DNA from: Ophelia neglecta | Taxonomy: Eukaryota | Direction: 5' to 3' | Assembly (NCBI GenBank): GCA_965285935.1 | Contig: OZ260661.1 | Location: 137,392,001-137,456,000, forward strand | Length of the DNA stretch: 64,000 nucleotides | Shown here: positions 37,301 to 49,676 of the stretch, piece after piece | How positions within the stretch are numbered: position 1 is the stretch's first letter | How the letters are laid out: the number at the start of each line of letters is the position of its first letter | Program-made: the position numbers and the translations under genes | Notes under the pieces: generated by a model | Database searches by the model: none | Told to the model about the DNA's origin: nothing | What the model saw: the letters and a program-made list of their open reading frames with translations, nothing else

Positions 37301-40300
37301 TTTCCCAGAGTGTGCTTAATTCATACTACTTTCCCAGAGTGTGCTTAATTCATACTACTTGCCACTTGCAACATTGAGAAAATCATAGCTGTCTAGAAAG
37401 GCTGGTGACCCCCTAATGTTGTTTGTCTTAATGTTGCCTTTACCTATAGTGGACTAAAATTGGCAAAAGTATAAAAAATATCTTTCTGTTTTGACTTATG
37501 GCCCAGTCACAATGTCGGCGATCTGTCGGGGATTAGTTTTGGCCGGGGGTCGTCGTAGAAAATAAAGAATCCTTGAACAATCCTAGCAATAATCCTAATA
37601 AAAGTGGAGCAGTCACATTGTCTGAGATTTTTTCAAGGATTTTGACCCGGTTTTGTCGAAAAATCGTGGGATTAGCCTCCGATCGCCTCCGATGCAAATC
37701 GGAGGCGATCGGAGACGATATCTGCGAGCGTCTTTTCTTTTAATTTTTCCCCCACTACGGCGATTTACTACGATTCCACCGTACGATTTGTCGGAGACGA
37801 TCACAGAAAGCGTCGCAGGGCGCCTCCGATTCAGTCGGAGGGCGCCGGAGACTAGTCGCAGACATTTAATCTCAACCTAAATTTCCAATCCCACACAGAA
37901 TCTTGCGACTAGTCTCAGATTATTCGGAGGACGCCTCCGATTAATCGGAGGGCATCGCAGGTCATCGGAGATTGTGTCTGGGATACCCAACATGGGTGAA
38001 AAATCGTGCGAGCAATCTTCAAATTTTAAGTTCAAAGTTGGGGACCGCGACGGGTGTGGCGATGCCTAAAAAATCTGCGACAAGCCGCAGGCGTCCGGAG
38101 GGCGCCTCCGACGGGTGCAAAATCGTGAGATCTGTCTCAAGATTTTGTTAAAATTTCCCGGGTTTTACCCATCGCCGACGCATCGCAACTGATTTGTGAC
38201 TGGCCCATTATGAGTAGTTTTCTTGCGGTGTCACAAGCAAATCTGAGTGATTAGGCTTATTATTTCCTTGTATGGGCGACACGGAAGCAGCTGCACATAT
38301 TTTGGCCTTCTTACCCTCACTACTCACACCTTGTATTGATGGTGACCATGACCTTTTGTTGTTGTTGTTTTTTCAGTTGTAGGACGTGGGTACTTTTAAC
38401 AGGTGTCCTGTTGCTTGTACTCATATTAGCCCTTGGTCTTGGGCTCGGTCTGGGCTTAAGGGGCAAGGAAAGAGGTAAATATACCACGTGACCTAAACAA
38501 ACCAATTGATTATGACTGTCTTTTACTCTAATGTCAAATAAAAGTACTAAATGATATATTATATCCAGTGGCGGATTCAGCCCCCCCCCTTTTGTCAAAA
38601 AGTGGGCCTGGACCAGGGCCTATTTATGACCCCGGCAATGTGCATTCAGAGGGTTTGTAAGGGGACAATTGAGACATTTGCCTTGCCAATCTTGGAAAAT
38701 TTGGCCCCCCTTCCTGAAATCCTGGATCCGCCACTGATATGTTATTATATTTATGGTACATGTACATTTAATCATACTATTACAGATATTGATGGGATTG
38801 GAAATAAAGGAACAGGTTTATAAATAAAACTAAAATGTATCTATTTCCGTTTTTCAGCCACAAATACGACTCTTGGTAAGCAACTCTTGGTAAATTTCAA
38901 TAAAGAGAAACCAAATTGCATGATATTTTGTAGCGCAGATAATCATGAAATGCCGATATCGCGTTATGACTAGTTCCATTTCAATATTGTAGCACCTGTC
39001 CAGTGTCCAAACCTCGATTGTTTTTCTGGTAAATGTTTGAGCACGGGAGAAACCTGTGTACCACGTAAGTGAACACTTTATCATTTCGTAATCCGGACCC
39101 AGTTTCAACAAGAGGTATTAAGTTTAGGGATAAGATAAGCTTATTAACGATTAGCTGTTGCCGCGCTAATCGGTGTTTTCATTGGCCAGAATTAAGTTTA
39201 AGACCAAAATGGCTAGGGTTAAGACCAAATCCAGCTTACAAATCTCAGTTTATCAAGTTAAGACTGATTAAGCAGTTTAATCCTGAATTAAGTTCGATTT
39301 TTGACTTAAGACTGCTTCCTGAACGAGCCCTCAACGTCACATGATGCCACATGATGACCCATGCTTTGTTTAACAAATTGGTAAAGCCAGTCTGAGGTAT
39401 ACAGCACATAATTCTACATTATCATTGAACACCTACACTAGTACAGGTGTGAATATCCCCTGTCCTCTTAAAGAACCTACACCTGAGTTTATATCACTGT
39501 ACAGTAAGAAGCTACACATGATTTATAATCTAAAGAATGAGTCATACTGGCCGACTTCGGGCGATCTACGAGTTTAGAAGCCCAGGAGTTGCACCGGAAG
39601 TACTAAAATCCGATGTCACGTGACATGCTAATTGACGACGTTGGTAGCCTGCAGGTAATACTCACGTTGTATGTATGTAAACAAGAAAGCCCCCCCCCCC
39701 CCACCATCACCACCACCAACCCTCCCATTGCGTCACCAAAAACAAACCGAAAATAATATACCCATGTGATGCGGGTAAGCTGCAAATGTACCGCGTAAAC
39801 GTTTATACTAGTAAACCTGCCAAGGTAAGTGATCAGTCTCTTTATATTACTAGTCGAATAACTACTTCTTGTACGTGTGAACGGTTAAACATTCGGTAGA
39901 GGATGAAGTGTTGATTCAGTGCGCATGCCTCAAAATGAATTAGCATAAACTGGAGTAACTACTGCAGTTTTTCCGACGTCGGCCCCTGACGCTTACAATG
40001 TCTTAAGTGTAGCGAAACTCGTTTGTAGATACACTGCCCTAGATATGAAAGATGGATTTGCCCGTCCTGAAAAAACATCGTTTGTCACCAAATTATGATT
40101 TAATTGGACATTTTCCATTATTTTGTCAGTTGAGGGTGATTGCAAGACGGGTCAGGCGTGTGTTAATGGCGGTACATGTCAGTTAACATCTGGCAGCTAC
40201 AAGTGTGTGAATTGTAATCCCGGCTGGACAGGGGACTTCTGTGAAACAGGTATCACATTGAATGGCACACAAAACTGTTTGAAAGGCGACTTTCAGATGA

Positions 40301-43300
40301 ATATGTCTATATTCGATGCTTCAAGTCAGTCGTGTTGCAATATATATTGTCATATTAAGTATTTTGTTTATCGGAAGTGTTTCGCACATAAAATCAGTTA
40401 TTTTTTTTAGTTCAATATTCTTCACGAAAGAATAATGCTTGCGCAGGGAGCTATGCTTTTTTATCCATCCTATCTCCAGAACCAGAGCATAGGATATTGT
40501 CTAGATATCGATTAAAGAAGGCACAAAGAATACAATTAAATACATCTTGCAGGGTACAAGAGTTGCAGTCCTGAGACCTGTATCCAGGGTACTTGTGACG
40601 CCAGTGAGTCAGTCTGTCAGTGCAGCGCCGGCTACAAGGGCTATAGATGTGATGTTTGTACGTATTAATATACTTCCATTCATGCATTTTTTACCGACCA
40701 AACAAAATTAGGATGGCCAGAGACCTCATAGTTTCATATTTGCATAATTTTTAATTTATATTCGTACTTTCATAATTTAGGAGATAATGCACGAATTTTG
40801 TGGTTGATCAGAAGGATACAAAACAAGCCGAAGGCGTGTTTGTATCCCTGTGATTAACCGAGAAACTGGGCCCGGTTTCCAAAAGCGGTATAAGGTTTTT
40901 GGATTAAATTAATTATCGATTAGCTGAGACTGGGTTTATCAGTGTTTCCATTGACCAGGATTAAGTTTAAGAACGAAATGGTTAGGTTTAAGACCAAATC
41001 CAGTGTCTAGAAGCCTCAATTAGCACGCTAAGACCGATTAAGCACTTTAATCCTATGTTAAATCCGATTAAGAGGTAATACAGCTTCTAGAAAATGGGCC
41101 CTGGGCATTAACCCGTTTAAGCTCCTCGCCAACTACCGGTGCTTAAGGTCTATACTTACAGTGAGCAATAGGACCAGTCGGATATGTTTCATATTGCTGA
41201 CCAACAACCACTTTTCTTACCTCCAAAGCTGATTGCAATTAAAAGGCAGTGGTAAGGCTGGGATAAGTGGGGCTACTTTCAGCTGTTCATATGGGAATTT
41301 AACATGGGAATGATGTTTTAAAAGCCCTTACTTACCTTAAACAAAACTTTCAGGGATGATTAACATTTTAGAGGGCTTTCCATTCAGGTAAATTTCACAT
41401 TTGTGTGATAGCTACAGGTTTCGCAATGAACATGGAACCGCTGCAAGTCTGTAGTCTAGCCCCACATTCAAGTGCAGACTATTGGTATGCAGTGCTGTCA
41501 CCTCCTTGCTAGCAGGCTGAAATAGAATTATTACATCACTGACTGACTGCCCGACTGACCCTATTGCATCCATTATTTGAGTAGTACGATATATGGTCAA
41601 ATGCTTGATACTTTATCTATGAAGCATTTCGGGGTAGTGTTTTTTCATAGTGAATGCGCCGCTTTACGTATTTCTGTATGTTTTTGTTTTAGCAAGCGGC
41701 CAAGGCTGCGAGGCAGACCCATGTATGTTTGGTATATGCGTGCCCAGTGGCTCAGACTGGTCCTGCAACTGTTTCACGGGATACAGTGGACTGTACTGCC
41801 AAATACGTGAGTGTTGTTCTCCACAAGAGTGAATACCCTGCTGATGAGCAAATTTATTATTCAAGAATAGTCCATTAAGTTCGTTCCGAATAATTATGAA
41901 CCAGCAGCCACAGGCCCACATACAATACAGGGAAATATACAGTGAAACCTGTGAATTAAGACCACCCAAGGGATTGGAAAATGCTGGTCTGATTTCAGAG
42001 GCGGTGGGTTTAGAAATGTTGTTTAATATTGAAAGTATACAGTATGGTCCTCATATTAGTGGTCTGAATTGACATGTGGTCTGATTATAGAGGTGGTCTT
42101 TAAGGCAGGTTTCACTGTATTATTAAGTCGCAATAAAATTCCTTTTGTGGGTTACTATTTGTAACAACAAAAAGGAGAAATGGTGAAATACACGAGAATA
42201 TATGTACCCGCATAAGTACTACTCAGTATTATTTCGGCGTTAACGGATGAATTGGAACATGTACACATATTAATTTATAGTCTGAAAACTTGTAATAACT
42301 GTGCATAAATACTATCAGTTAGTAAAACAAATGAAGAAGTAAGTACCCGGTAAAAACATCAAGCATTAGTGAATAATAGCAAATCCCCAGGAACCACCTG
42401 CTTGGGAACACATATATCACATCCCAGTTCCCATTGGGAGCGAGAAATATTCTGCAGTTTTCCATGGTGCGAGTCAGAGCACAGAACAAAGGAGTCAGTT
42501 ATCACCGTAGGACAGAGAGGACATAGTGGCTAGGAGTGCCTATTGGTGTAGTCCAGGGGGACATCGATTCCTAGGAAGAAATGAAGCTATCGTTATAAAT
42601 TTCCCGCATCTGTGATAACTATATCTGTCCAAGTATGCATGGCGAGGGACTCGTTGTAGATGTAGTATAATTATCAATGCAATCAAATACTTATCAGTAT
42701 AAAGGAGACATTATTGTTTTGAGAACACTCTATTAGCAATTACAATTATACGGATATAAAATATCAGTATATTAAACCCTAGGAAGCTAGGTGTATGCCG
42801 TTCTTTTGCATCAGATATTTCCTTTGTTCACTTTAGTTATCCTTTATTTGTTTCTGTAGAGTCCATGTTTTATGCACGAAATATGGTATTATATGCGTCT
42901 GTATAAATGATGCGAATAAAACGCTCAATGACTATTTCAATGTTTTCAATGTTTCAAAACATTTTATTTTCAAGCTTCAAGCATCGAGTGCAACACCAAT
43001 CCGTGCCGGTATGGTTACTGCACAGCGGTAGGTACCGGGTACTCGTGTTCCTGCTACGGCGGTTGGACTGGGCTTAATTGCGAAATACGTGAGTTAAGTC
43101 AATATAACTTTCCTCTCCAAATGTGAAATCCTCATTGGGTACTGTAACTCGGTATTTCTTCCTAGTGAGTCGGTATTTTTTCATATATATAATGTTGTGA
43201 ATTTCATGCAGATGGAAAACAACATTTAAACAATATTTTCGGACTCTTTAACTTTCTCTGTGTATTATTTGTGGAAGCTGTTTGAATAGAAACATATTGT

Positions 43301-46300
43301 CTTGCTAAAATACCTTAGAATTGACATCGAGCCTCTATTTATTTTGTGCCTTCAATGGCACTTGAAGGTAAAAGTGATGAAAAATGTCCCTTGAATGTAG
43401 CCATAAAGAACGATGTTGATGACACAAGAAAATATAATTAATTTGTATTCAGGATTTGTGCCACTATATGTTTACCCTGTTTCAGCACACGGTAGCAACT
43501 GTGGATCCAACTATTGTGTGAACGGGGCCTGTGTCGACAAGGACCCAACAGGCTTCGAGTGTGTGTGTGACACGGGATACTCTGGAACCTACTGCGAGCT
43601 CAGTAAGCCAATATGAAATACATAAGCTTTTTTATGAAACCGAGGAAAAAAACATTTTCCCACCAAACAGAGAAAAAGCCTTTTTAATCGTCTGTTTAAT
43701 CTTCCGAATCATGAGGTGAATGGCCAAAAACATCATTTCCCATCTTCGTAGGTGAATTAGCCTGGAACGAATTTAACAATTACCAACCTAAGAATCAATA
43801 TCATTTGCAATGAGAATAAGTCATCAATTCTCCGCAATGAGAGTCTGGGCACAAAACAATCTAATAAGTGGAAAGAATAAAAACTAACCTGCAAATAAAA
43901 ATCATCCTAACGCCATTTTCAGATCACCCATTCGTACCATGCCAATTAGGCCCCCTTGCGCCAAAGGATCGCCTAATATACGCTGCTATTTATTCACAAA
44001 CGACTTTGTTCCGCACCACTGTACCATTTGGCTAATCTAGCCCCAAATCAAATCGGCGGTGGTTAAAAATTATCTCATGCTCGGCAGTCAAAATGATATT
44101 ATAGTTATGAAGCAAGTAATTAGAATTTGTGTTAATAATCTTGGGCACATGCAAAAACATAAAGATAGAATACAGTTAAAACTGGTGATTTTATTTTGTT
44201 TCATGCCGTTGCATTCCGTTTCTTAACTCATCTAAAATAACTTTCAATCTTGCCGAATAAGTCACATCATTATTGTACCTCTTACTCTAAATACGCAACG
44301 TAGAATCATTCCATTGCACATGAATATTATCTATTAGAAAGCAAGAATAAACTATTCGTCTGTCTCTTCTCTCTTGTACAAGTCTTATAAAAAGTCGAAA
44401 AACGAAAACACTGTGCACCGCTAATCTTCTGCTTACTGCAATTTATTCATATTACGTTTAATAAAGAAACTAATTATATTCTTCGACACAAATAGCCACG
44501 ACCGATGGATGCGAAGGAAACCTCTGTCAGCAGGGTACATGCGTACCTAGCACGGATGGTTTCACTTGCGAATGTGAGCCAGGATTTGAAGGCAACTTTT
44601 GTGAAACACGTAAATATATACTTTCAATTGGGTTCTTATGTGAATCTGTTGTGTCTTTGTATTCTGAGTATTGTTGAATGAAGTTTAAGATAAAACTTCT
44701 GTCTTGATAACAAGTTTAGCATATAGTGCCATGTTTAGCTCAATTTTTTAAGGGTCATCGGTTGGACTAGTTTCCAGTAGGCCAATAGAATATATCGTCT
44801 ATTTTTAACAGTTCATGCGAATTAGAGACAGCTGTTTTACGTTCAAACCCTTGGGTATGATGTGTAACTAACTTATTAACAAAGGCTTATATTTGTAATT
44901 TTAGCCATAAACACCGACTGTGACAGCAACCCGTGTGCGTCCGGGACTTGCATGCAGCAGACCTGGGGATACCTGTGTCAATGTCCGGTTGGGTTCCATG
45001 GGCAAAACTGTGAAATTAGTAAGTTACATGCAAAAGGATTTCAGTAGAGATAACTACACAGCTTAGCTCTTTGGAAGACAACATCCAAAATTATTGTACA
45101 TCCATCGTTTGTTATAAATGTTATGTTCAAGGAATGCAAAATCATTTAAGAACATCATAAACTTTGACATTCCAAATGGGGTTTTATTCGGATAATAATA
45201 TTTCTTTTTTTTTTATTCTAGAGACAGACCCATGCGTAGGGAACACGTGTGTTGTAGGTCAGGGAACGTGTGTTGCGGTCGGCACAGCGTACACATGTAA
45301 TTGTTTGGCAGGCTTCAGTGGCACTAACTGTGAAAATAGTGAGTAAAGCCTGTTCCGTTTGACTTCTGTCGGCCTTATGCGCTTAAGCAAGGCTGTATTC
45401 TAAAATGCATGTTAACTTGCGCGTACAAAGGAAACCCTTACAAGATCAAGTGCTTTTCCGGCGATACGGTAGTGAAAGATTAAAAAAGGATGAAAAACAG
45501 CACTTGCCCGTTATGTTGCAAGCTGAACGCCTCCATTAGTTTTATACTTTTACGTTATATATTCCCGAAAAAGGATATATTGCGGGCATGCTTGCAACCT
45601 GATTTGCAGCATTATTGAACAAAAGGAATATATTTAATGCTGACGACAAACAAATTGGTTTCCTTAGTTAATCAGAATAGAATTTTAATTGAGGGCATGT
45701 ACTCGTTCTGTGTGTACCTAAATATATGGCCACCATAAGTAATCATTGGAATAGGAAGAGAATATGTTTACTTGATTAATATATAAGTACGTAAACACTA
45801 TAGTTGGGTATCCTCATTTTTTTTATAGTTGTTGATCCTTGCCTTGGTAATCAATGCACTACCGGCCAAGGGACTTGTACGCCTGCCGGAAGCACATATG
45901 ACTGCACCTGCAGCCCTGGATTCAGTGGGACCTACTGTGAAGTCGGTAAGTTGAATAAGAGGCACCACTTGTGATTAACAGAAACACTGCCTGTTCATGT
46001 GATTTGAGTAATACCACTTGGCAACGCCTGTATTATGCGTTGCATGGCTTACATTTTCTATGCACTTTCAAATTTCGTAGAATAGCGAGAAATGTGAAAC
46101 AAAAACTACAAATCAAGTATACTTTATTATGAATGATGTATCTTACCCCATATTTCATGTTTCCAGTTGACGACCCCTGCATGTTGTCGCAGTGTATTGA
46201 TGGCCAGGGTCTATGCGTTGCATCGGGTATGGCTTACTACTGTTCTTGCAATATAGGATTCACAGGACCATTCTGCGATGTAGTTGGTAGGTTGTGAACA

Positions 46301-48105
46301 TTATTGTATCTAAACAATTCACCTGTAGCTGAGCGATTCAACCACCAACACAGTTATTCCTATTTTTATTGGTTCACATTAACATACTATTAAGGACTAA
46401 TAACTATCTATGTATCAGTTGTTTGGTGAAACAATTAATTAATATTTCAGATTGCTTGATTAAACAAATCGCTTTTCTCAAATTAAATGATTATGAAAAG
46501 CAACTATATTTTGAAAGCGAACTTAGTAAACTTTCTTTTTGGTAACGGTGGATTTAATAACTAGTCCCTATAGGATAGCAACTAAATATATATGATCTAT
46601 TGTACAACGCAAATAAGCGTCTTGGACATTTCTGAAGAGAATGAAGCAAAATAACTACAGAACGGTTAGGATTCGGTTTCAGTTTACCTTTAGGATGAGA
46701 GATTTGGTTAGGCGTGGCCCAGTCTAGCACCCTATTCTTATGAAGTTTTATGTTCATAAATAAGTTTATAACATAAGGTATATAATAGAGTACAAAACAA
46801 AACAATACTATGTATTGCCTCGGTAGCTTTTAATTGAAAAGGCCATATCCACGGCGTTTAAAATTGGGATGCTCGCTGATTATGCAAGGTTTAGTAAAAT
46901 GGGCCCTTGAGAAACCTTCAACCAGGCTGCAAACTTAACCGTTGATCATAGTATCAAATGTTTAACCTATACTTCACCCAAATATACATGTACCAGCGTA
47001 GCCTCTTAGCGCTCTAATCATTTATATGCTTATGTACTTCAAAGCCCCGTGTTCCGGAGTCACATGTTCCAACGCAGGTACATGCAGTGAGGTCACTGGC
47101 TCGTACCAATGTACATGTAACCTGGGCTACAGCGGAGTCGACTGCGAAATAGGTATACAATTATCAAACCACCCAGATATACTATTATTATTATAAACTT
47201 TTCTTCTTCTTTCTTCTCTCTAATCACTACAAGTACCTAAGTTTGAGAATAAGTGTGTTACTCTCTCTGCTTTGTTTTGGTATTTGCACTGCCCATAATT
47301 GTTTTTCTAGTGTGATCTGGAACTTTCTGTTGTCCTGCTCCCTTTGCCATGTTTATTTTATATGTTTGTATTTACTGTATTATATAGTGTACTCGGGTGT
47401 ATTACTATGCCAATAAACACTTTCGAATATACAATAACCGAAAGTATGCGGAAGCATGGAACACGTTTTAAGAGATCATCGCTGTATATTATGAAATAAC
47501 TTTATATGCTGTCTCTTACACACGCATGAATGCATGTAATATTTCACATTTTTGCAGACCCTTGTTCCGGCATTGACTGTTCTAACAAAGGGACTTGTAG
47601 CGTACTTGGCAGTGGCTATATGTGTACCTGTGATTCCGGCTATAGTGGAATAAACTGCCAAATAGGTAAGGACTAGATAATTAAAAATCAACAATTTGTG
47701 CAGTTTTGAAACAAGTGAACAACTAACAAATATACTAAATCCGTCCGATTTCACACAAAAAAACTAAATTGCAGACCCACATTACATGACTCATCAGTGT
47801 CATGCACGTTCATTCGTTTGCTACCAAATATGATAGAATAAACACTTAAATATTTTGCCATCACTTAGCATAAGAAGTGATTTAAACTTTTTTAGTATGT
47901 AAGTCAAATGCACCATTCGTTAGTGTAGGCCAGTTACTGATGTTACGAGAAAACACTTAGAAAAAAAACGCATATTCTTTTTTTCTATTGGAACATTGCT
48001 TTATTATATTCTTTTAAAATTTATACAAAATTTAAAATGGAAAGCAGTGCCAAAGCCTCTCATCGATGTGTATACAATCGCTCTCGTTGTCTTTCAGCAC
48101 CATAA
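34339..48105 (+). CDS. Gene B: type II transmembrane protein with Tyr-rich cytoplasmic tail and 12 EGF-like modules, no lectin domain found (~605 aa)
   Basis: Exons: 34339-34541 (ATG, Tyr-rich), 36535-36645, 38377-38474 ([34 protein letters not shown]), 38786-38815 (weak donor), EGF exons 40130-40249, 40553-40657, 41693-41806, 42975-43088, 43486-43602, 44496-44609, 44905-45018, 45222-45338, 45829-45945, 46167-46286, 47045-47152, 47558-47665, and a putative last exon 48098-48105 (ctttcag|CA CCA TAA). The frame is open throughout; the terminal exon is less certain. Confidence 0.85.
35270..35517. mobile_element. Family 3 poly-G MITE
   Basis: CAGTGGCGTATTCAGG...CCTGGATACGCCACTG; internal sequence is shared with the 38566 copy. 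Confidence 0.82.
35623..36480 (+). repeat. ~335-bp tandem duplication in gene B intron 1; the second copy is interrupted by a MITE
   Basis: TTTCAGCCGGAATAAACACAT...CAATGTGC(G/A)TCTCATT at 35623-35958 and 35962-36480. Confidence 0.92.
36092..36289. mobile_element. Family 3 poly-G MITE with TGTCT target-site duplication
   Basis: TGTCT|CAGGGGCGGATCCAGG...CCTGGATACGCGCCTG|TGTCT; the empty site is present in the duplicated copy at ~35766-35781. Confidence 0.85.
36845..37025. mobile_element. Family 1 MITE
   Basis: CAGTGAAACCTGTG...AAGTTTCACTGTA. Confidence 0.85.
37277..37360 (+). repeat. 29-bp perfect tandem repeat, ~3 copies
   Basis: CAGAGTGTGCTTAATTCATACTACTTTCC repeated. Confidence 0.92.
37500..38206. 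mobile_element. ~700-bp CpG-rich non-autonomous DNA transposon (PIF/Harbinger-like termini)
   Basis: TIR GGCCCAGTCACAA / TTGTGACTGGCCC; many internal CGCCTCCGA / TCGGAG(G)GCG inverted motifs; no transposase. Confidence 0.75.
38377..38474 (+). CDS. Gene B transmembrane (signal-anchor) exon
   Basis: 98-nt phase 2 to 1 exon, the same length and phases as the gene A TM exon. It has a hydrophobic run ending LGLGLGLGL and a strong polypyrimidine acceptor. Confidence 0.87.
38566..38736. mobile_element. Family 3 MITE
   Basis: CAGTGGCGGATTCAG...CTGGATCCGCCACTG, flanks ATATC / ATATG. Confidence 0.82.
39095..39330. mobile_element. Family 2 MITE
   Basis: GGACCCAGTTTC...CTTAAGACTGCTTCCTGAACGAGCCC; internal TTAAGACCAAATCCAG. 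Confidence 0.7.
40868..41101. mobile_element. Family 2 MITE
   Basis: GGGCCCGGTTTCCAAAAGC...GCTTCTAGAAAATGGGCCC; internal TTAAGACCAAATCCAG. Confidence 0.75.
41938..42119. mobile_element. Family 1 MITE
   Basis: TACAGTGAAACCTG...CAGGTTTCACTGTA. Confidence 0.88.
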
Positions 48106-48819
48106 TATACGTCAATTGTAGTGTACTATAATTGAAGCTTCATACATTACCAAATGTATGCTAACGCCAATGGAAGAAAGATAGACAGTTCGCTGGATAA
48201 CATCTTACAATATCAGACAGAGGTGCAGAACGTTTGGGTGCCGAAGAAAATCTCATCGGAGTGCATAAATATATTCAAAGGTGTCTCACCTTTACAGCTT
48301 GTTAATTCATAATCAAACATGTGTCAAAGTCACCCACAACTGAAAAGACTTTAATTGTTTTGTAACGGTATTTTATAATCCCGCATTGTGAACCATGAAA
48401 TGTTTGTTGGCATGATCTGTTTTGTGGATTGAATTTTTACATATATATCTTAAACGTGTAAATCGGTTTTCTGAGTAAGGACAGAGAGCGATTCCTAAAA
48501 AGAAGTCTCACATTAGACATTTTCCGCGGCATAACATTGTACGGCATTTTTTTTTAAATTTATAGCATACATTAAATAATTTCAAGAATAAAGTAGGATT
48601 ATATTGCTACTAATGACTTGTATATAATAAATTTATGATCGTTTGCATATAAATTTTTGTTCAGTTTTGAATTCATAAGCTCCCTTAAAGTAATTATTTT
48701 ATTGTAAAAATGATTGACATATTGATAATCATATTGTGCGTAACAAACACGTTAATTCAAGGTATCAAGTCAGTATTTACCGTGGCACGCTTTATTCCAG
48801 ACTTGACTAGGGCGTTAAC

Positions 48820-49058
48820 CTTTATTGTAGAATGATTTACCCCAGACTGGGGTGTTTTATCGTAGAATACTTTTCTGCAGACTGGAGGGTTTGTCGTTGA
48901 ATTCGTTACTCCGGAACGGGCAGTTTATCGTGAATGGTTTACTGAAGACTGGGGCTGTTGATAGTCGATGCTTAACATTAGATCGAGGGTTTATCGTAGA
49001 ATACTTTACTCCAGACTGGGACGTTTATCTTCGAATGCTTTACTCCAGACTGGGGTGC
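48820..49058 (+). repeat. ~35-bp degenerate minisatellite, ~7 copies
   Basis: Consensus approximately TTTATCGTAGAATACTTTACTCCAGACTGGGGXG. Confidence 0.85.
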
Positions 49059-49496
49059 ATTTGGCAATAGATTTAAAAATCATGTAAAACAATAAAACGC
49101 GAAATTAATGACATCTGCCAAATTCGCTTATAATTCCAGCCCACATATACGATTGGCCTACGTGCCCACATTTTCCATAGGACCCCGGTCCACAATACAG
49201 CTCGTAGACGAAATGATACGTCGAAAAGTAAGGGCTGAAATATGACTCCCGAAATTAAACTTCAGACAAAACTTGCTTGGTTTACAGTATAGGCACGCAT
49301 TACTGGAGCACCAGGGACAACGTTGATGCTACATACTGATGGTGCTCCTGGGTGAAGAAGCCTCATTACATAAATAAATTAGTGAATATATAAATCGAAA
49401 CAAGGAATACTTCAATATCAATAAATATAGAAATAGCGTTATAGTGGCTTATATATGGTATATGTATGTTTAATGAAATGCATGCACCATATCTAT

Positions 49497-49676
49497 TACA
49501 CGGAAACATGTGAATCGAGACCACCCGAGGGACAGGAAATGTTGGTCTGATTTTTGATGTGGTTTGTTTAGAGCGGTCATTTTAAATTAATCTCTACAGT
49601 TTGCTGATCAAATTAGTGGTCTGAATTAACAGGTTGTCTGAATGTAGAGGTGATCTTTAGGTCAGGTTTGACAGTA
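49497..49676. mobile_element. Family 1 MITE, degenerate
   Basis: Internal sequence is homologous to the 41938 copy (GAGACCACCCGAGGGAC..TTAGTGGTCTGAATT..); TIRs are decayed. Confidence 0.75.

Noticed and set aside
48820-49070. ORF 48852-49070 / CRISPR-like array
   Set aside because: Translation of a degenerate 35-bp minisatellite; no spacers and no protein features.
49181-49227. Possible extra gene B exon (ttttccatag...gtaagg)
   Set aside because: It encodes no EGF or jacalin-like sequence and no compatible downstream exon was found. It cannot be excluded without RNA data.
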